DNA of 63,486 nucleotides, the filler included, from Globobulimina sp. (Eukaryota), in assembly GCA_003354225.1 (NCBI GenBank). It is 22 parts of 22 records of this genome, joined end to end, with 100 filler letters (N's around TTAATTAATTAA, not from the genome) between each part and the next. Parts side by side here need not be neighbours in the genome. Positions count along the whole stretch, not along the records: positions 46,253 to 49,041 come from PIVH01004879.1; positions 49,142 to 51,930 come from PIVH01004880.1; positions 52,031 to 54,819 come from PIVH01004881.1; positions 54,920 to 57,708 come from PIVH01004882.1; positions 57,809 to 60,597 come from PIVH01004883.1; 17 more parts are not named here. One strand, given 5' to 3'. Both the position numbers and the translations under genes were made by a program. Positions 46,253-58,220 of this stretch are shown piece by piece (the stretch's first letter is position 1; each line of letters starts with the position of its first letter). The notes under the pieces are model-generated. The model worked only from the letters and a program-made list of their open reading frames with translations. It was not told the DNA's origin and searched no databases.

Positions 46253-49041
46253 AATATAACCTCGACCTCGGTGTTCCAAATACCTCCCTTCGATGCACAG
46301 TCATTGATTAATATAAATAACACATCGTCGGCCATACCCACCATGCAGCCCATGTTGCAAATGGTGCAGCAGCACAATGCACTGTTGCAACAATCGGGTA
46401 TCACAGGCCCGTCAAACGGGAATATAGCGGTACGTTATCCCCCACCGCCTATGAATGTGCATATACCGCATGACTTACAGCAAAGATACCGCCTACACCA
46501 TGCGAATCGACACGGTTTGCACCGAGTTGGTGCAGATGTGCCGCAGAGTTCGAGCACATTGTTCCAGCGGGCTTTTGGGGACTCGCCCGAAGCGCGCAGA
46601 CCGCGGTCGTTGATGGCGATTTATCGGCTGATTGATCGACCGGCGACGTCGTATTTTAACTCTACTGATGTACAGAACGAGTTATATAATAGCACCAATA
46701 ACACTGCTTCGCGGACTGTGCAGCAGCAACAAAGGCGGTCGAATGCCAACGCACAGACTGATATTATGAACCATTTCAATCGTATTCAGAGATTCTATGA
46801 TGCGCCACATCGCAGAATTGGCGGCAATGCCACCAACAACGATGCCAATCTGTACAGAAACGAGCAGACGATATTGGCGCAGAATTTGATGCGAGATTAC
46901 GTCAATGGGAATTGGGTGGGAATTAATCAGAGCCAGATGACTGCGCAAAATTTGAATGCGTTACAAGAGCAGTTTACTGCGTTAGTGCCGGAAATTGCGC
47001 CGGATGCCAATGCCAATGTTGCAGTGGATGCGGAGAATAAAGAAGATATCGTGGTGGCTGCCAATGCGGTGTTGGACGATGTGGTGGGCGTTGTGCCCAT
47101 TGTACCGAGCTATGATTGCTTTGCAAATGAGAATAATGAGGATGCGGAACCTGCGGCCATATCCAATGTGGTTGCAAATAATAATGATAGCCAGTCGCCG
47201 GCTGTCAATAATATTACCGACCAAGTGTCGAATTTGTTGCGTAGTATCCCAGGATTTAATAATGCTGAGAACAACAACAGTGGCAATACTGCGAATAGTG
47301 CGGCCGCTGTGGCTGCTCCGTTGGATGCGTTGACCTCGCAAATCTTCGGAATGATCAATAGAAACAGCAACAACAATGATAATAATGCTTCTTTGTTGGA
47401 AGTTATAACCTCACCAGCGAACAATGACAATAACGAGGCAGTTTTGGTCCAGTTACCGCCAGATATCCCGCAGGAAACCTTAAGCGAGCAAGAAAATAAA
47501 CAATCAATGGATGTGGACCAAGAAGAGAGTCTCATACTGGCTCCGCCGGAAGACGTATACGTCCAAGCATCCACCTCTGAAAACAAAGAAAATGTCGAAG
47601 CGAGTGAACCAACGCAAACCACTGTGGAAGCAGATGATAATAAAGAAGCTACAGCGCCAGAACAGAAACAAGAGGCAGCTGCAAATGCCATGGATGTAGA
47701 TCCCACAGTGGCTGTCGCTGCGGATGATAACAATGCCAATGCCGACGATGCTGTTGATTCAGCACAAGCTCTGTTGACCAGATTGGAGCGAGAAATCGAG
47801 AACAATCCAATATGGAATTACTCGGAAATGTTAAATTTCGACCCAGATGTTATATTGTCACTGCCTGAGGTTATACGTAATGATATCATTCCTCCTGAAT
47901 TTCAAAATGAAGTCGGAACGTATTTGTCAATGTATCAGGCACAAATTGCACAGCGATATATCCAACGAAGAAGAGTTAACCAGCAACAGCAACAGGCACC
48001 AGCTCAGCCACAAGCAGCTGCAGTATCTGACAACAATGCAGATAACACAGATAATGCAAATACAGAAAACAAAGAAAATAAAGAAAATGTGGATACGACT
48101 GACACTGCTGATGTTGTAATGGATGACAATACAAATAATGACAATGACGATGCTGAAGACAACACACTAATTTTAGCGCCACCGCCAGTGTCACAGCCAG
48201 AGTACAAACAGCAGGCTGCAGCCACAATGGATGTGGACACCAATGTGAATAGCAACACAGTGGCAACTACCAATAATGATATTCCTCAAACCCTGCCAAC
48301 TCTCAATAACAGTGCCAATGCGAATAATCCCGCGACTGCTGATGCTGCCTTTGCCGCAGCCCTTGCTGCCGCACAAAATAATGCAGCCAATACCAACAAC
48401 AATGCAGCAAATACTAACAATACTAATGCTGCGCCAAGACGCAATGTGATCGATCCATCCGTTTTAGCCGCACTGCCGCCAGATATTCAGCAGGAAATCT
48501 TACGCGAACAACAACGAAACACAGTCATGGAAATGACGCAAAACAATGAGATGGACCATGCCACTGCGTTATTAACCGTCGACCCTCAAACTAGAATGGA
48601 AATGTTGATGGAGTTAAGCGACGATGCAAGTTTACAGCAATTGCCCTCCCATTTATTAGCCGAGGCTATAATGCTACGCAACCGTCGCGGCTATGGTATG
48701 GGTGGAAGATGGGGCTTTCGTCGCGGCGGCAGAGGCAGAGGCCGCGGGGCCTACGGTATGGGCGATATTGATTCGCATACAAACTCCCAACCACTGTCCG
48801 CATGGGATATTGCTGCGAGAGAACGATATAATAATAACAGCAACAATAATAATCAGAGTGAGGAGAAGAAAGAGGAGAAGAAAGAAGCGAATGTTAATAA
48901 GGAAGCGGCAGAGAAAAAGGAGAAGGATAAGGATAAAGACGAGGAAAAGAAGAAACGTAAGAAACGAAGTCCAGAGGAAAATCGTCAAATAGTGGTTCGA
49001 AAATTGTGCAAAGAGTCGGCGCCATCCATCCGGAATAGGAT
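46253..49041 (+). CDS. Central disordered/UBM region of a HUWE1/Tom1/UPL1-like HECT E3 ligase (internal fragment)
   Basis: FDPDVILSLPEVIRNDI, IDPSVLAALPPDIQQEILREQ and EMDHATALLTVDPQTRMEMLME...LQQLPSHLLAEA.MLR match the UBM repeat region of HUWE1-family ligases; the HECT domain is not in the contig. Confidence 0.8.
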
Positions 49042-49141
49042 NNNNNNNNNNNNNNNNNNNNNNNNNNNNNNNNNNNNNNNNNNNNTTAATTAATTAANNN
49101 NNNNNNNNNNNNNNNNNNNNNNNNNNNNNNNNNNNNNNNNN

Positions 49142-51150
49142 TTATATTTATCTGCCTTTAAATACATAATATGCCCAAATATTTGCAATGCCAATAAAAT
49201 AAACTGATACTCAGTTCCTGTGCTAGCTTCTGTGATATTTTTAATTCTCACTGCATACGCATTCTGTATAAATAAATGTTCTTTTTCATTCCCAAAATCT
49301 GACACCCAACAAACGTCAAAATATACTGCAGAAGCATATGAACTGTCACTATCTCCAAATTCAACAATCAACCCTTGATTCTGATTAGTAAAAGCCACAG
49401 CTACTTCAAATGAGATGGATGTAGACAACGGCCCAAACACAAAGCATCTATCATACGCTGGGAAGTAATATTTGTTGCTGATGCCGTGATAAAATTGTTT
49501 CTTTGTAGGATGCATCGCAATCGGTTTACCAAATATATGTATTGCAACTTTTAAGTAATATCCTAAATAATAAAATTTGCAATGATCATCCATACTTTCT
49601 CTGTATGTGTTGCTGAAGCAGTACTGCAGTGCGTCATAATTACAATATATCATCAATGACAATATATGTTCACATTTTAACTCCCAATGTTGGTACAATG
49701 GCTGTATATTTTCTCTGCAATACAGACTAACAAAATGGAGCAATGCTTTGTTATACTCATTGTTAAACTGTTCAATGTTGATTCTAAATAAATCATTCAA
49801 TATCATTTCCTCTTTCAACGAGTTGAATTTAGCTTTGATGGATAATATTTGTATGTGTCTACAAACTTTTTCATCGCTCCATGGATGTTGGCTGTATTTA
49901 AACTGCTTTCCAAAACTATAGGCTTTGTTCGCAGCCATTAATATTTCCGGCTCGCATTGGTTGAATTTTCTGCTATTGTTTGCAACAAAATCTTTCCTTT
50001 TATTTGATATAATTTCATTTATTTGCAGTATTTGTGTGTTTATAAATAGCTCATGATCATCATTGTCATCTTTTGCTTCAACATTGGTCAAAGCATTCCT
50101 TTCTGCTGCACATAATCTGTAGCCTACATCAAAAGTATGGTGATAAAAACAATGTATTTTATCAATAATTTCATGTTTAACAATATCATATGAATCGGGG
50201 TCACAATCAATGTCATACAACTCTTTCAAACATTGCCGCTCATTGCATCGATTCCGTGTGTTCCTTGTGAATTTAATGCATTTCTTTAAGTCGCAATATC
50301 CGCCTAAACTATCATAGATATGCTCAAATTGATCGTCTGTATTATAATTTTGCAGCAAATATAAATGACAATTTAATAATTTATGTACATCAATGTTGTC
50401 AAACTTTGTGTTCATTTCATGTTTTAAATCCTTGAGCGCATCACTTGCGTTGCTGTACATGTACTCTTTGCAAATGTTATGTGACAATAAAGTCGGTGGG
50501 CTGCATATGAATCGATATATGATAGATCTTATTTTATTTATTACACATAACATACTTAGAATCAACAGGTTCTTGTTTTGCTTCACAATTATCTTCATAT
50601 TGTTGTGCTTCATTGTAAATATTAAATTGATTGATCAAATAATTTACAGTTGGTTTAAACAAACTGGTTAAATGATATCGATCATGACTGATATGAGATG
50701 GCAATGGATTCTGTCCAGTGGTATAATTATGCAATGATTTATACTTTAATAATACTTTATGTACTCCTTTTAGAGTATGAAACTGTGTGGTATCAAATAG
50801 TAAACGTTTGCTGTCAGATGATTTATTGAATCCAGATATAATTAGTAATTCCGTAAATGAATTATATTTTAATTTTTTGGACATTCGATAAAGATTTATA
50901 TCGTGATATTTTGTATTTGTTGGATCATTTAGTATATTTTTAAATATTTTGCACAATATTGTCATTCCATTCTCTCTATCTCTCAAACTGTGTATATGCC
51001 CACTATCATAATTAATTCACAAAACATACATTGACATGAAACAAACTTGAGCTGTGACATATCATTCAGTTGCTGAGAAACCAACATATAATAATCATGT
51101 TGCTCTGTATAATTATCTATACTGTTAGCAGTTTGTAAGTAGTTGCCCAT
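49142..51150 (-). CDS. PUB domain + ADP-ribosyltransferase-like domain protein, three exons, 3' truncated
   Basis: Start MGNYLQT; introns 51003-51046 and 50501-50555 in frame; ILCKIFKNILNDPTNTKYHDIN...LLIISGF (PUB); FYHGIS...GPLSTS..FEVAVAF...WVSDFGNEKEHLF (ARTC-like). Confidence 0.8.
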
Positions 51151-51194
51151 GATAAAAATGTTTTTTTTCGTCGAAAATCGTGACTCTTGAAAGC

Positions 51195-51930
51195 ATGAGC
51201 TCAGATGAAGAGCAAGACTTTGATGAACGACACGGATTCTGGGGCGAGGATGGGCAATGGTACGAACGTCGAGATAATGAATACACCAAAGATGACCATA
51301 TTTATGGTGTATTTGCCGCAAACTCTAACCGTTCAAACAACCGTTACAATAAAAATAAACACCAAAACAACAAACCGATAATAGATCCACAAACGTTTAG
51401 TAATTCATAATTCTCCATCTTTTAACTCCTTGCGCTAACAAACAATTATATGCATAGATTCAATCTGGGTTTCAATTTCGTGAAAGGCGGCGTACAAACC
51501 TCTAAAAATGTAGACACAGAGTCTGCCACAAACAATGCTAAGAACAGCACCAACGATAAACAATCAATCCTCACCGAATGGGAACATGTCCAACAACAAA
51601 AACGTGATTTAAACAGCTCACACAACGCACCACAATTAGGCCAACACGGTTTGCCTCAACAATTAGGTAAAAAAACGCAGAAAAAGAAACATAAAAACAC
51701 AAACCCCCACAATGCCATTCGTGTAAAACGAGACTGCGGCTACGCAGCTTGGACGCAGTCAGAAAAACGTTCAAAATTTGGCGGCTTATCCTTTGCGGAG
51801 AAATATTTACAAAAACATGGCTTTAAAGGGAGACTTGGTTCGGCTGCCCAAGGCATTGCCAATCCAGTCAAACAAGCCACGGCTCGCAAATATAACCAAG
51901 GATTGGGATTTAATGGAATTGACGCACAAC
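51195..51930 (+). CDS. TFIP11: Tuftelin-interacting protein 11 / Ntr1-like G-patch protein, 5' part
   Basis: TKDDHIYGVFA and FNFVKGG (TIP_N); FAEKYLQKHGFKGRLGSAAQGIANPV...RK..QGLG (G-patch); intron 51395-51457. Confidence 0.8.
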
Positions 51931-52030
51931 NNNNNNNNNNNNNNNNNNNNNNNNNNNNNNNNNNNNNNNNNNNNTTAATTAATTAANNNNNNNNNNNNNN
52001 NNNNNNNNNNNNNNNNNNNNNNNNNNNNNN

Positions 52031-54179
52031 CTGCAACATAAATAACAGCATAACTTATCCAAATCGTCACAACAAAACTTATACACTTTCTGTTGCACAC
52101 TCACTGGCAAATCATTCATCATTTGTTGTTGCTGCGAAGTAATCTCAAATCTATCCTCGCCACGGCCACCACCCTCACCCTCACCATGCACCTCCTCCTT
52201 ACTGTTGCTTTGTGAGTTGAATCCAAACTTTATCGGTCCACATTGCTCCTCCTCTTGTACTGCCATATCAACATCGCCCTCACCATCCTGATCCTTATCC
52301 GCTTCCTTCCCATTCTCCTCTTCCTTATTCTCCTCCGTCGACAATGGATCCTCCACTTGTACATATTGCATAATCTCCACATTCCAATTATAAAACTTAC
52401 CATTAAAATAGTACAAATTGCGATGAATATCGTAGTAATATCCACTCTGTGGGTCATAGAAACAATTCGCCGCCGTATCCCACTGAAACGTAGCGGCAAT
52501 GCCAAAATCCGCCGCCTTTGGGATCAGCAAATTAAAGGTCTGCACCGTTGAGGAGGCGGCAACCACCGCTGCAGTCACCACTGACTCTGTCAATAACTGC
52601 TGTTGCTCCGTCTCGTTATACTGAATAAAGGCCAAATTAATCGGTAACGAAGATATAGTGACATTGTTCAACAACGCCTGTTTCAATACAGATTTGGCGG
52701 TATTCGGAGTGTCAAATTGCAAAAAAGCGACACATAATCTATGATTCCGATACGTTTTATTCACGATATACACGCATTTGATCTCATTGGTGATGCTGGC
52801 AAAGGACTGCTTTATTATATCCTCAGTGGTCGAGACGTCGATGCCTTCGATCATCAATACCGACGAAGATTGGATGTTGATTTTGTTCCCTTTCACTTTG
52901 TCCACAATGCTCTCGCCAAATATATAGGGCGCACCGCTGTGGCTAATATGGATGCAATCCAATGAGAGCAAGGCGTGGCAATCACTGCGAGCACAGCTGG
53001 GCAGAATCACATCTTCGTTGACCGCATATTTATTGTAATAATAACATTTACTGCACAGCCAGTCACTTTGTAAGGTATTCGTTGTGGATACATCGTTTTC
53101 GTTCTCTCTCTCGCCGTGTAACGAGAAGTAGTTTAGTTTGACTTTGACGCTCTCAGTGCCATGGTCGTCGAATAGGTACTGTCCACTGTGATATTGGTTG
53201 TCTTCTACGAAGGAGATGGCGGCGGAGATGGACTCGAATATAATTAGTATGCATTTGATGTCAGATAGCAAGGTGTCGCCGGTGCGAATGAGGCAGATTC
53301 GGCTGGGTTTGTAGCGCATGACGCAGCGGGAGATGTTGGTGGCAGTGTAGTTGGCAGGAATGTGGCCGGTGGCAATGGCAATGTTGCTGGGGTGGTTGAA
53401 GTGTGATCTGCTGCGGTTTGAGTAACATGAAAATCGACTATGATTGGGTGTAAGTGCAAGGATATGAGTAGTTTTATGAGGTAATGCGTATGTAAAATCA
53501 TGGTGGAGTGGCCATGGAAGGATAGAAAGTGTACATGTACCTTTTACGTCGCTTAATATCTCTCTCTCTGTCCCTACTCTCTCTGTCTCGGTCTCTGTCT
53601 CTGTCTCTTCGGTTTGAATCGTGATCTCGCTCTCTTTTGTCATATTTGTCGTTTTTGTCATATCGGTCGTGTTTCTCGTATTTGTTTGATTCATATCTAT
53701 TAAATCGATCATATCGGTGATTATCGTAATCATTGTCTCGTCGGTATGATCTCGAATGGCTGTCATAAGTATGGTCGTTGTGAGTGTGGCTGTCGTTGTC
53801 GTGCTGATTGTGATTGTTATTGTGGTTATCATTGGATCCACGTGATCTGCTCCGCGATGTTTCTCTTTATATATTGAGTGTTGTGGCAGAACAATGGAAA
53901 ACAATTAAACAATTTAATATCTCTTGTGTTAAAAATTAAAATGTGTTGCAGTGCAAGGATGATTACATCAAATTTATGTTTGAGGTAATATTTTTTGTTT
54001 GCATATCATACCAACCGATAAGACTGTCTCCTATTATTTCGCTCGCGATCTGGGGATCTACTCCTGTTGCGATGGGAGGAGCGATAGGATGGAGAGTTTG
54101 GTTGCTGCGTAGTGGGTTTGTTTGGATGTAAGATAAGATGCTAAATGTACTGTAGATGAGGGGTATACGAAACTGGCAT
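52031..54179 (-). CDS. RBM5: RBM5/RBM10/SUA-like splicing factor, four exons, 3' truncated
   Basis: RS/RD-rich N-terminus via introns 54105-54173, 53865-54015 and 53411-53540; degenerate RRM, DWLCSKCYYYN finger, RRM (SVLMIEGIDVSTTED...VAFLQF), OCRE (FYDPQSGYYYD..RNLYY) and the start of a C2H2 finger (CYLC). The start exon is less certain. Confidence 0.8.
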
Positions 54180-54525
54180 GATTATTTAGTTGGTAATCAA
54201 ATTTGACAAAGATTTGAAGGAAGGAAGGATGATGTTTTGATGAGTGAAACAGATAACGGAAGCCAAGTTTTTTTCAATTTAACTTTAGTATAATTAAAAC
54301 GTGTTGTACTTTGTACAGGTATACAACAACATGGATTAATATAAAAAAAGAGAGTATATTTATGTGCGGGTTTATGTCTATTTTTTTTTGGAAGCGCATC
54401 TGTAAAATTAAATCTGATTTGCATCTGAAACATAAAGCTGATTTAACAAATCAACGTACCGTCAATAAAAAACGGAAAAAACTGCTTACAATATTATAAT
54501 TTATAAAACATTCGACAACAAGCAA

Positions 54526-54819
54526 TTACTTGGGAACACAAACATAAAAAAGTAATTGTTTGCAACAATGATCGCATTTACCACACACTTTTACATAAAC
54601 ATTATTTCCGAATGGAAATAATAAATAAACGCAAAGTAAATTGATAATGCAATCAACAGCAAACATATTTAATGGTACTAATAATGTTAAATAATTCTGT
54701 TTTAAAATATAATCAAACGAAGTCCACCAAAATGCAACAAAACATGCCGAGATTGCAATAAACAACACTGAGATACAATTTTTTGTGGTTACATTCAAAA
54801 CGAATAACATCGGATGCTC
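54526..54819 (-). CDS. C-terminal part of an orphan 7TM-like membrane protein
   Basis: TTKNCI...VDCIINLLCVYLLF....YVKVCGKCDHCC parallels TKVNVL...IDSMVNMWCVLLIF....FEWLC in the next contig. Confidence 0.6.
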   Translation of the reverse strand, partial: EHPMLFVLNVTTKNCISVLFIAISACFVAFWWTSFDYILKQNYLTLLVPLNMFAVDCIINLLCVYLLFPFGNNVYVKVCGKCDHCCKQLLFYVCVPK

Positions 54820-54919
54820 NNNNNNNNNNNNNNNNNNNNNNNNNNNNNNNNNNNNNNNNNNNNTTAATTAATTAANNNNNNNNNNNNNNNNNNNNNNNNN
54901 NNNNNNNNNNNNNNNNNNN

Positions 54920-56016
54920 CATCGATCAGAAACTAAATTCATCGCAGGTTTACATAACCATTCAAATATTTTATTATATATTAAAAATATTAATAAAACA
55001 CACCACATATTCACCATTGAATCGATAACTGTCCATAAATTGCCACGTAATGTTCCTGAGAGAACTAATGAAACCTGTTTGCAATGTACGTTTTGTCAAA
55101 AACGGTATAACCGATATTTGATCTGAATATGTTCAAAATATGTTACATAGCCTATTAATATTTGAACATATTCAAATCAAATATCGTTTTCGATTAATGG
55201 AGAAACGTTGTGAAAATATGTACTTTGTCATGTCACATAATCTTCAAATATTACCTGCGTGGAACAAACAGCGATGATACCCAACACATTCACCTTTGTC
55301 AGTACAGTTAATAGCCATTTGTTAGAATGTTCCATTTGTGCATTTTTTGAAGCTGAAAGTGTGCGTGTTTTTGCAATCGAAACCTGTGATGTTTGAGATG
55401 TTTCGTAAGCCGCAGCCGCTTGATTTGTATTTGAAGCTAATAACCATAATTTACGGGAGAATAAAACTAATACAAACATAGAAATGGATAAATCAATCAA
55501 AACGAATATGCCTTGCAGATATATTGGAACGTCGGTTAAACAAACTCCAGTTTCGCCAATGTTGCTGACTTTGAATATAATAATACATACAAAACATATG
55601 ACGGATAATAAAGCAATCAACACTCTTATTACATATACTACATTTTGAGAGAATTTAAATTCACTTTTAGCAAATATTATGAATAATCGTTCCAAGAGTA
55701 ATATGTATAATCCATATTTTGAAGCAAGATACGCAATTAATCCGATCATTACACGTGCATTACAACTGATTAATTCATCATACAAAATATCTAAAAAATA
55801 TAAACATAAAACTGAGAAACTGAATATTGTGATCATAATCATGCAGAATATTGATAATATATGGGGTGAATGAAGACTTTGTCCTTTTTTGATTAATGAT
55901 AATAATGTGTAGCAATGATATACAAGCAATGAGATGTTATGTGCTGATGCGATGCATGCGACTGCGATGTTAAGTGAAATATTGGTAAATAATGAGATTT
56001 CTGTGTATAGTGCCAT
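54920..56016 (-). CDS. Orphan 7TM-like membrane protein, two exons, 3' truncated
   Basis: Seven hydrophobic segments once intron 55075-55254 is removed (…CSTQ|VSLVLSGTLRGNLWTVIDSMVNMWCVLLIF…); LLERL after TM3; Cys in the extracellular loops. Confidence 0.75.
55112..55186 (-). repeat. 26-bp inverted repeat (hairpin) inside an intron
   Basis: CGATATTTGATCTGAATATGTTCAAA (55112-55137) versus TTTGAACATATTCAAATCAAATATCG (55161-55186): 25/26 complementary, 23-nt loop. Confidence 0.95.
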
Positions 56017-56157
56017 GGTGTTCTGAGTTTAATGAAAAGCTGAGTCTGTTCGGACTTCATCATTTATTGTGAGAATAAAGCACAGTTTCAAAATAAATCA
56101 TGTGCAATACAAATTATACTATATAATGCAAAAAAAAATATAAAGTTACTGCATGAA

Positions 56158-57507
56158 TTAAGGTTCAATTAAAGAGAGGTTATTATAATTCTGATAGACG
56201 TTGATTGGTAAATGCTTGACATATTTTTGTTTCTGCGCATTATTGGGATGGCAATGCGTGCAAAATAAGGTTTGTTTGTTTAAGTGTGGGCAAATAACGC
56301 CTTTCCATCGAATATTGCTCAAATCATAGATGATTTCAATTTTGCTGCCATACGGTATATCGATGAAACCGTATTGGAATTCAAAGAATGTCTTATTTTT
56401 ATAGATGTCACTTGCGACAAAAATGCCATTCCTGAACGCATATAAAATGCCATCATCGCCCAAGAAAAAAGCCAACAAATCATTTTCATCAAAATAATAA
56501 GAATTGATATTCTCGTCGGCATCGAAATTATTATTTGAATTATCATCGTATTTCCAATAAAAAGGACAACTCGATTTATCATCAAAAGTCGAAATGGATT
56601 GGCAAAATGTAAATAATTTCTTCTTTCCTTCGTCGTTGTCATCGATGATATATTTGGAGGAAATTTGTTTGATTTTGATTTGAAATCCAACCAATAATTT
56701 GTTATATTTTGGGAAGCGAAAACAAGACAAATTATATTTAGTTTGATAATGATAATCTTTGTTTTGCCGAATTAATTTTGGCGATGTATCGGAAAACACC
56801 ATCTTAACATTTAATAATTTGTGATATTTTTCATAAATGCATTGAATAATTTTGCTGTGTAAATGTGTATAATTGGACCAATATGCTATTATGTTTTGAA
56901 TGGACTCAAAATCCAAAATATAATCAATATTTTGCTGGTCATAGGCATGAATATTATTTTTTGAACCCGTTGCGTTGGCGCATGAAAATAATAAATGATT
57001 ATTATACAGTTTTATTTTATTGTTTCCATTTATAATTTTGATTTCTGACAATTGCGCCGATAATTTATTTAACGACTTGCTATAATTTTCTTTATTTTTT
57101 ATAATTTCGGATTGTAAATGTTTGATTTCAGTCTCTTGGGCATTTAATCTCTTTTTTAAGTCTACATTTTCATCGTTGATTGGAGTGGATATATTATTCA
57201 CATCTTGTAATTGTCGCTCTATTTCAAGTTTGGATGATTTTTCTGCTTTTAATAAATGATTGCTTTCATTCAATCTATTTTGTAGCTCATCCACTTTATT
57301 TTGTAATGCATTCCATTCATTTAAATTATAATTATTGTCAGTTTGGGCTGAAATGGTTGTTGTTGTTGTTAGTGTCGTTTCTGCCGTTTTTGTAGCTTTT
57401 CTCTTTTTCCTGCCATTTGAGAAAAGTTTAAAAAATCCCAATCCACAAATTCCTGTCACTGTCACAGAAATAAGCAACTTCTTGTTGTTCTTTAAAAAGT
57501 CATTCAT
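56158..57507 (-). CDS. N-terminal membrane anchor + coiled coil + beta-rich (possibly SPRY-like) hypothetical protein
   Basis: LLISVTVTGICGLGFFKLF anchor, heptad region, IQNIIAYWSNY...IIQCIYEKY helix pair, C-terminal FDENDLLAFFLGDDGILYAFRNG. Confidence 0.65.
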   Translation of the reverse strand: MNDFLKNNKKLLISVTVTGICGLGFFKLFSNGRKKRKATKTAETTLTTTTTISAQTDNNYNLNEWNALQNKVDELQNRLNESNHLLKAEKSSKLEIERQLQDVNNISTPINDENVDLKKRLNAQETEIKHLQSEIIKNKENYSKSLNKLSAQLSEIKIINGNNKIKLYNNHLLFSCANATGSKNNIHAYDQQNIDYILDFESIQNIIAYWSNYTHLHSKIIQCIYEKYHKLLNVKMVFSDTSPKLIRQNKDYHYQTKYNLSCFRFPKYNKLLVGFQIKIKQISSKYIIDDNDEGKKKLFTFCQSISTFDDKSSCPFYWKYDDNSNNNFDADENINSYYFDENDLLAFFLGDDGILYAFRNGIFVASDIYKNKTFFEFQYGFIDIPYGSKIEIIYDLSNIRWKGVICPHLNKQTLFCTHCHPNNAQKQKYVKHLPINVYQNYNNLSLIEP

Positions 57508-58220
57508 GGCTAAATTAACCCAACAAGACTAACGGATGGAAAACTCACTAACTCTAAAAAAAAACTCTTATCATTTCCTCTTTTTCAAGTATGAATTGAA
57601 GCAGTTTGCTATAGCTTTGTTTGATAACTTGGGTTTGCAAATCCAGCACAAGCTATAATTCAAAGCACAAGACTTAATTCTATTATTATTTTTTCTATAA
57701 TTTGGAGTNNNNNNNNNNNNNNNNNNNNNNNNNNNNNNNNNNNNNNNNNNNNTTAATTAATTAANNNNNNNNNNNNNNNNNNNNNNNNNNNNNNNNNNNN
57801 NNNNNNNNAACTAAAATATTTAGAGAAACTTTTTTAATTCAAATAAATACATCTAGTTGCTAGTTGTCATTACAAAACTCCTTTATAGAAATAAGCACTT
57901 CGTTAGCTTATTACCCAGGAGGATAAAACATAAGTACACAACACAAAATTATCAAATTTCATCTTCGTTTTCGTCGTAGCAACCTTCTGTTTGCAAAAAT
58001 TGCACTTTCCTCTTTTCTAAACCTCTTCTTAGCACCTCCTAAATTCTGCACATTGGCCCGTTTGGTTTGTTCTGCTGCTTCGACGTCTCTCGACCATCCG
58101 CAATAGCATCAGGATCATTATAACCCAAAATTAAATCAGCTGATGGTGGCAATTTTAATAGATCACGCGATATTTTCTGTACTAACTCAGATTAATCATT
58201 GACTCAAAAAACTCGCCATC

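Noticed and set aside
53541-53904. Thr/Met-rich N-terminus of the 641-aa ORF (TITITIS...TETETE)
   Set aside because: Wrong frame; the alternative frame gives the RS/RD-rich N-terminus expected for RBM5/10 and is joined by a phase-compatible intron.
57953-58180. Minus-strand frame with another in-frame TAG upstream of the toxin-like gene (possible immunity partner)
   Set aside because: Short, no clear start and no recognisable motif, so I cannot show it is coding.
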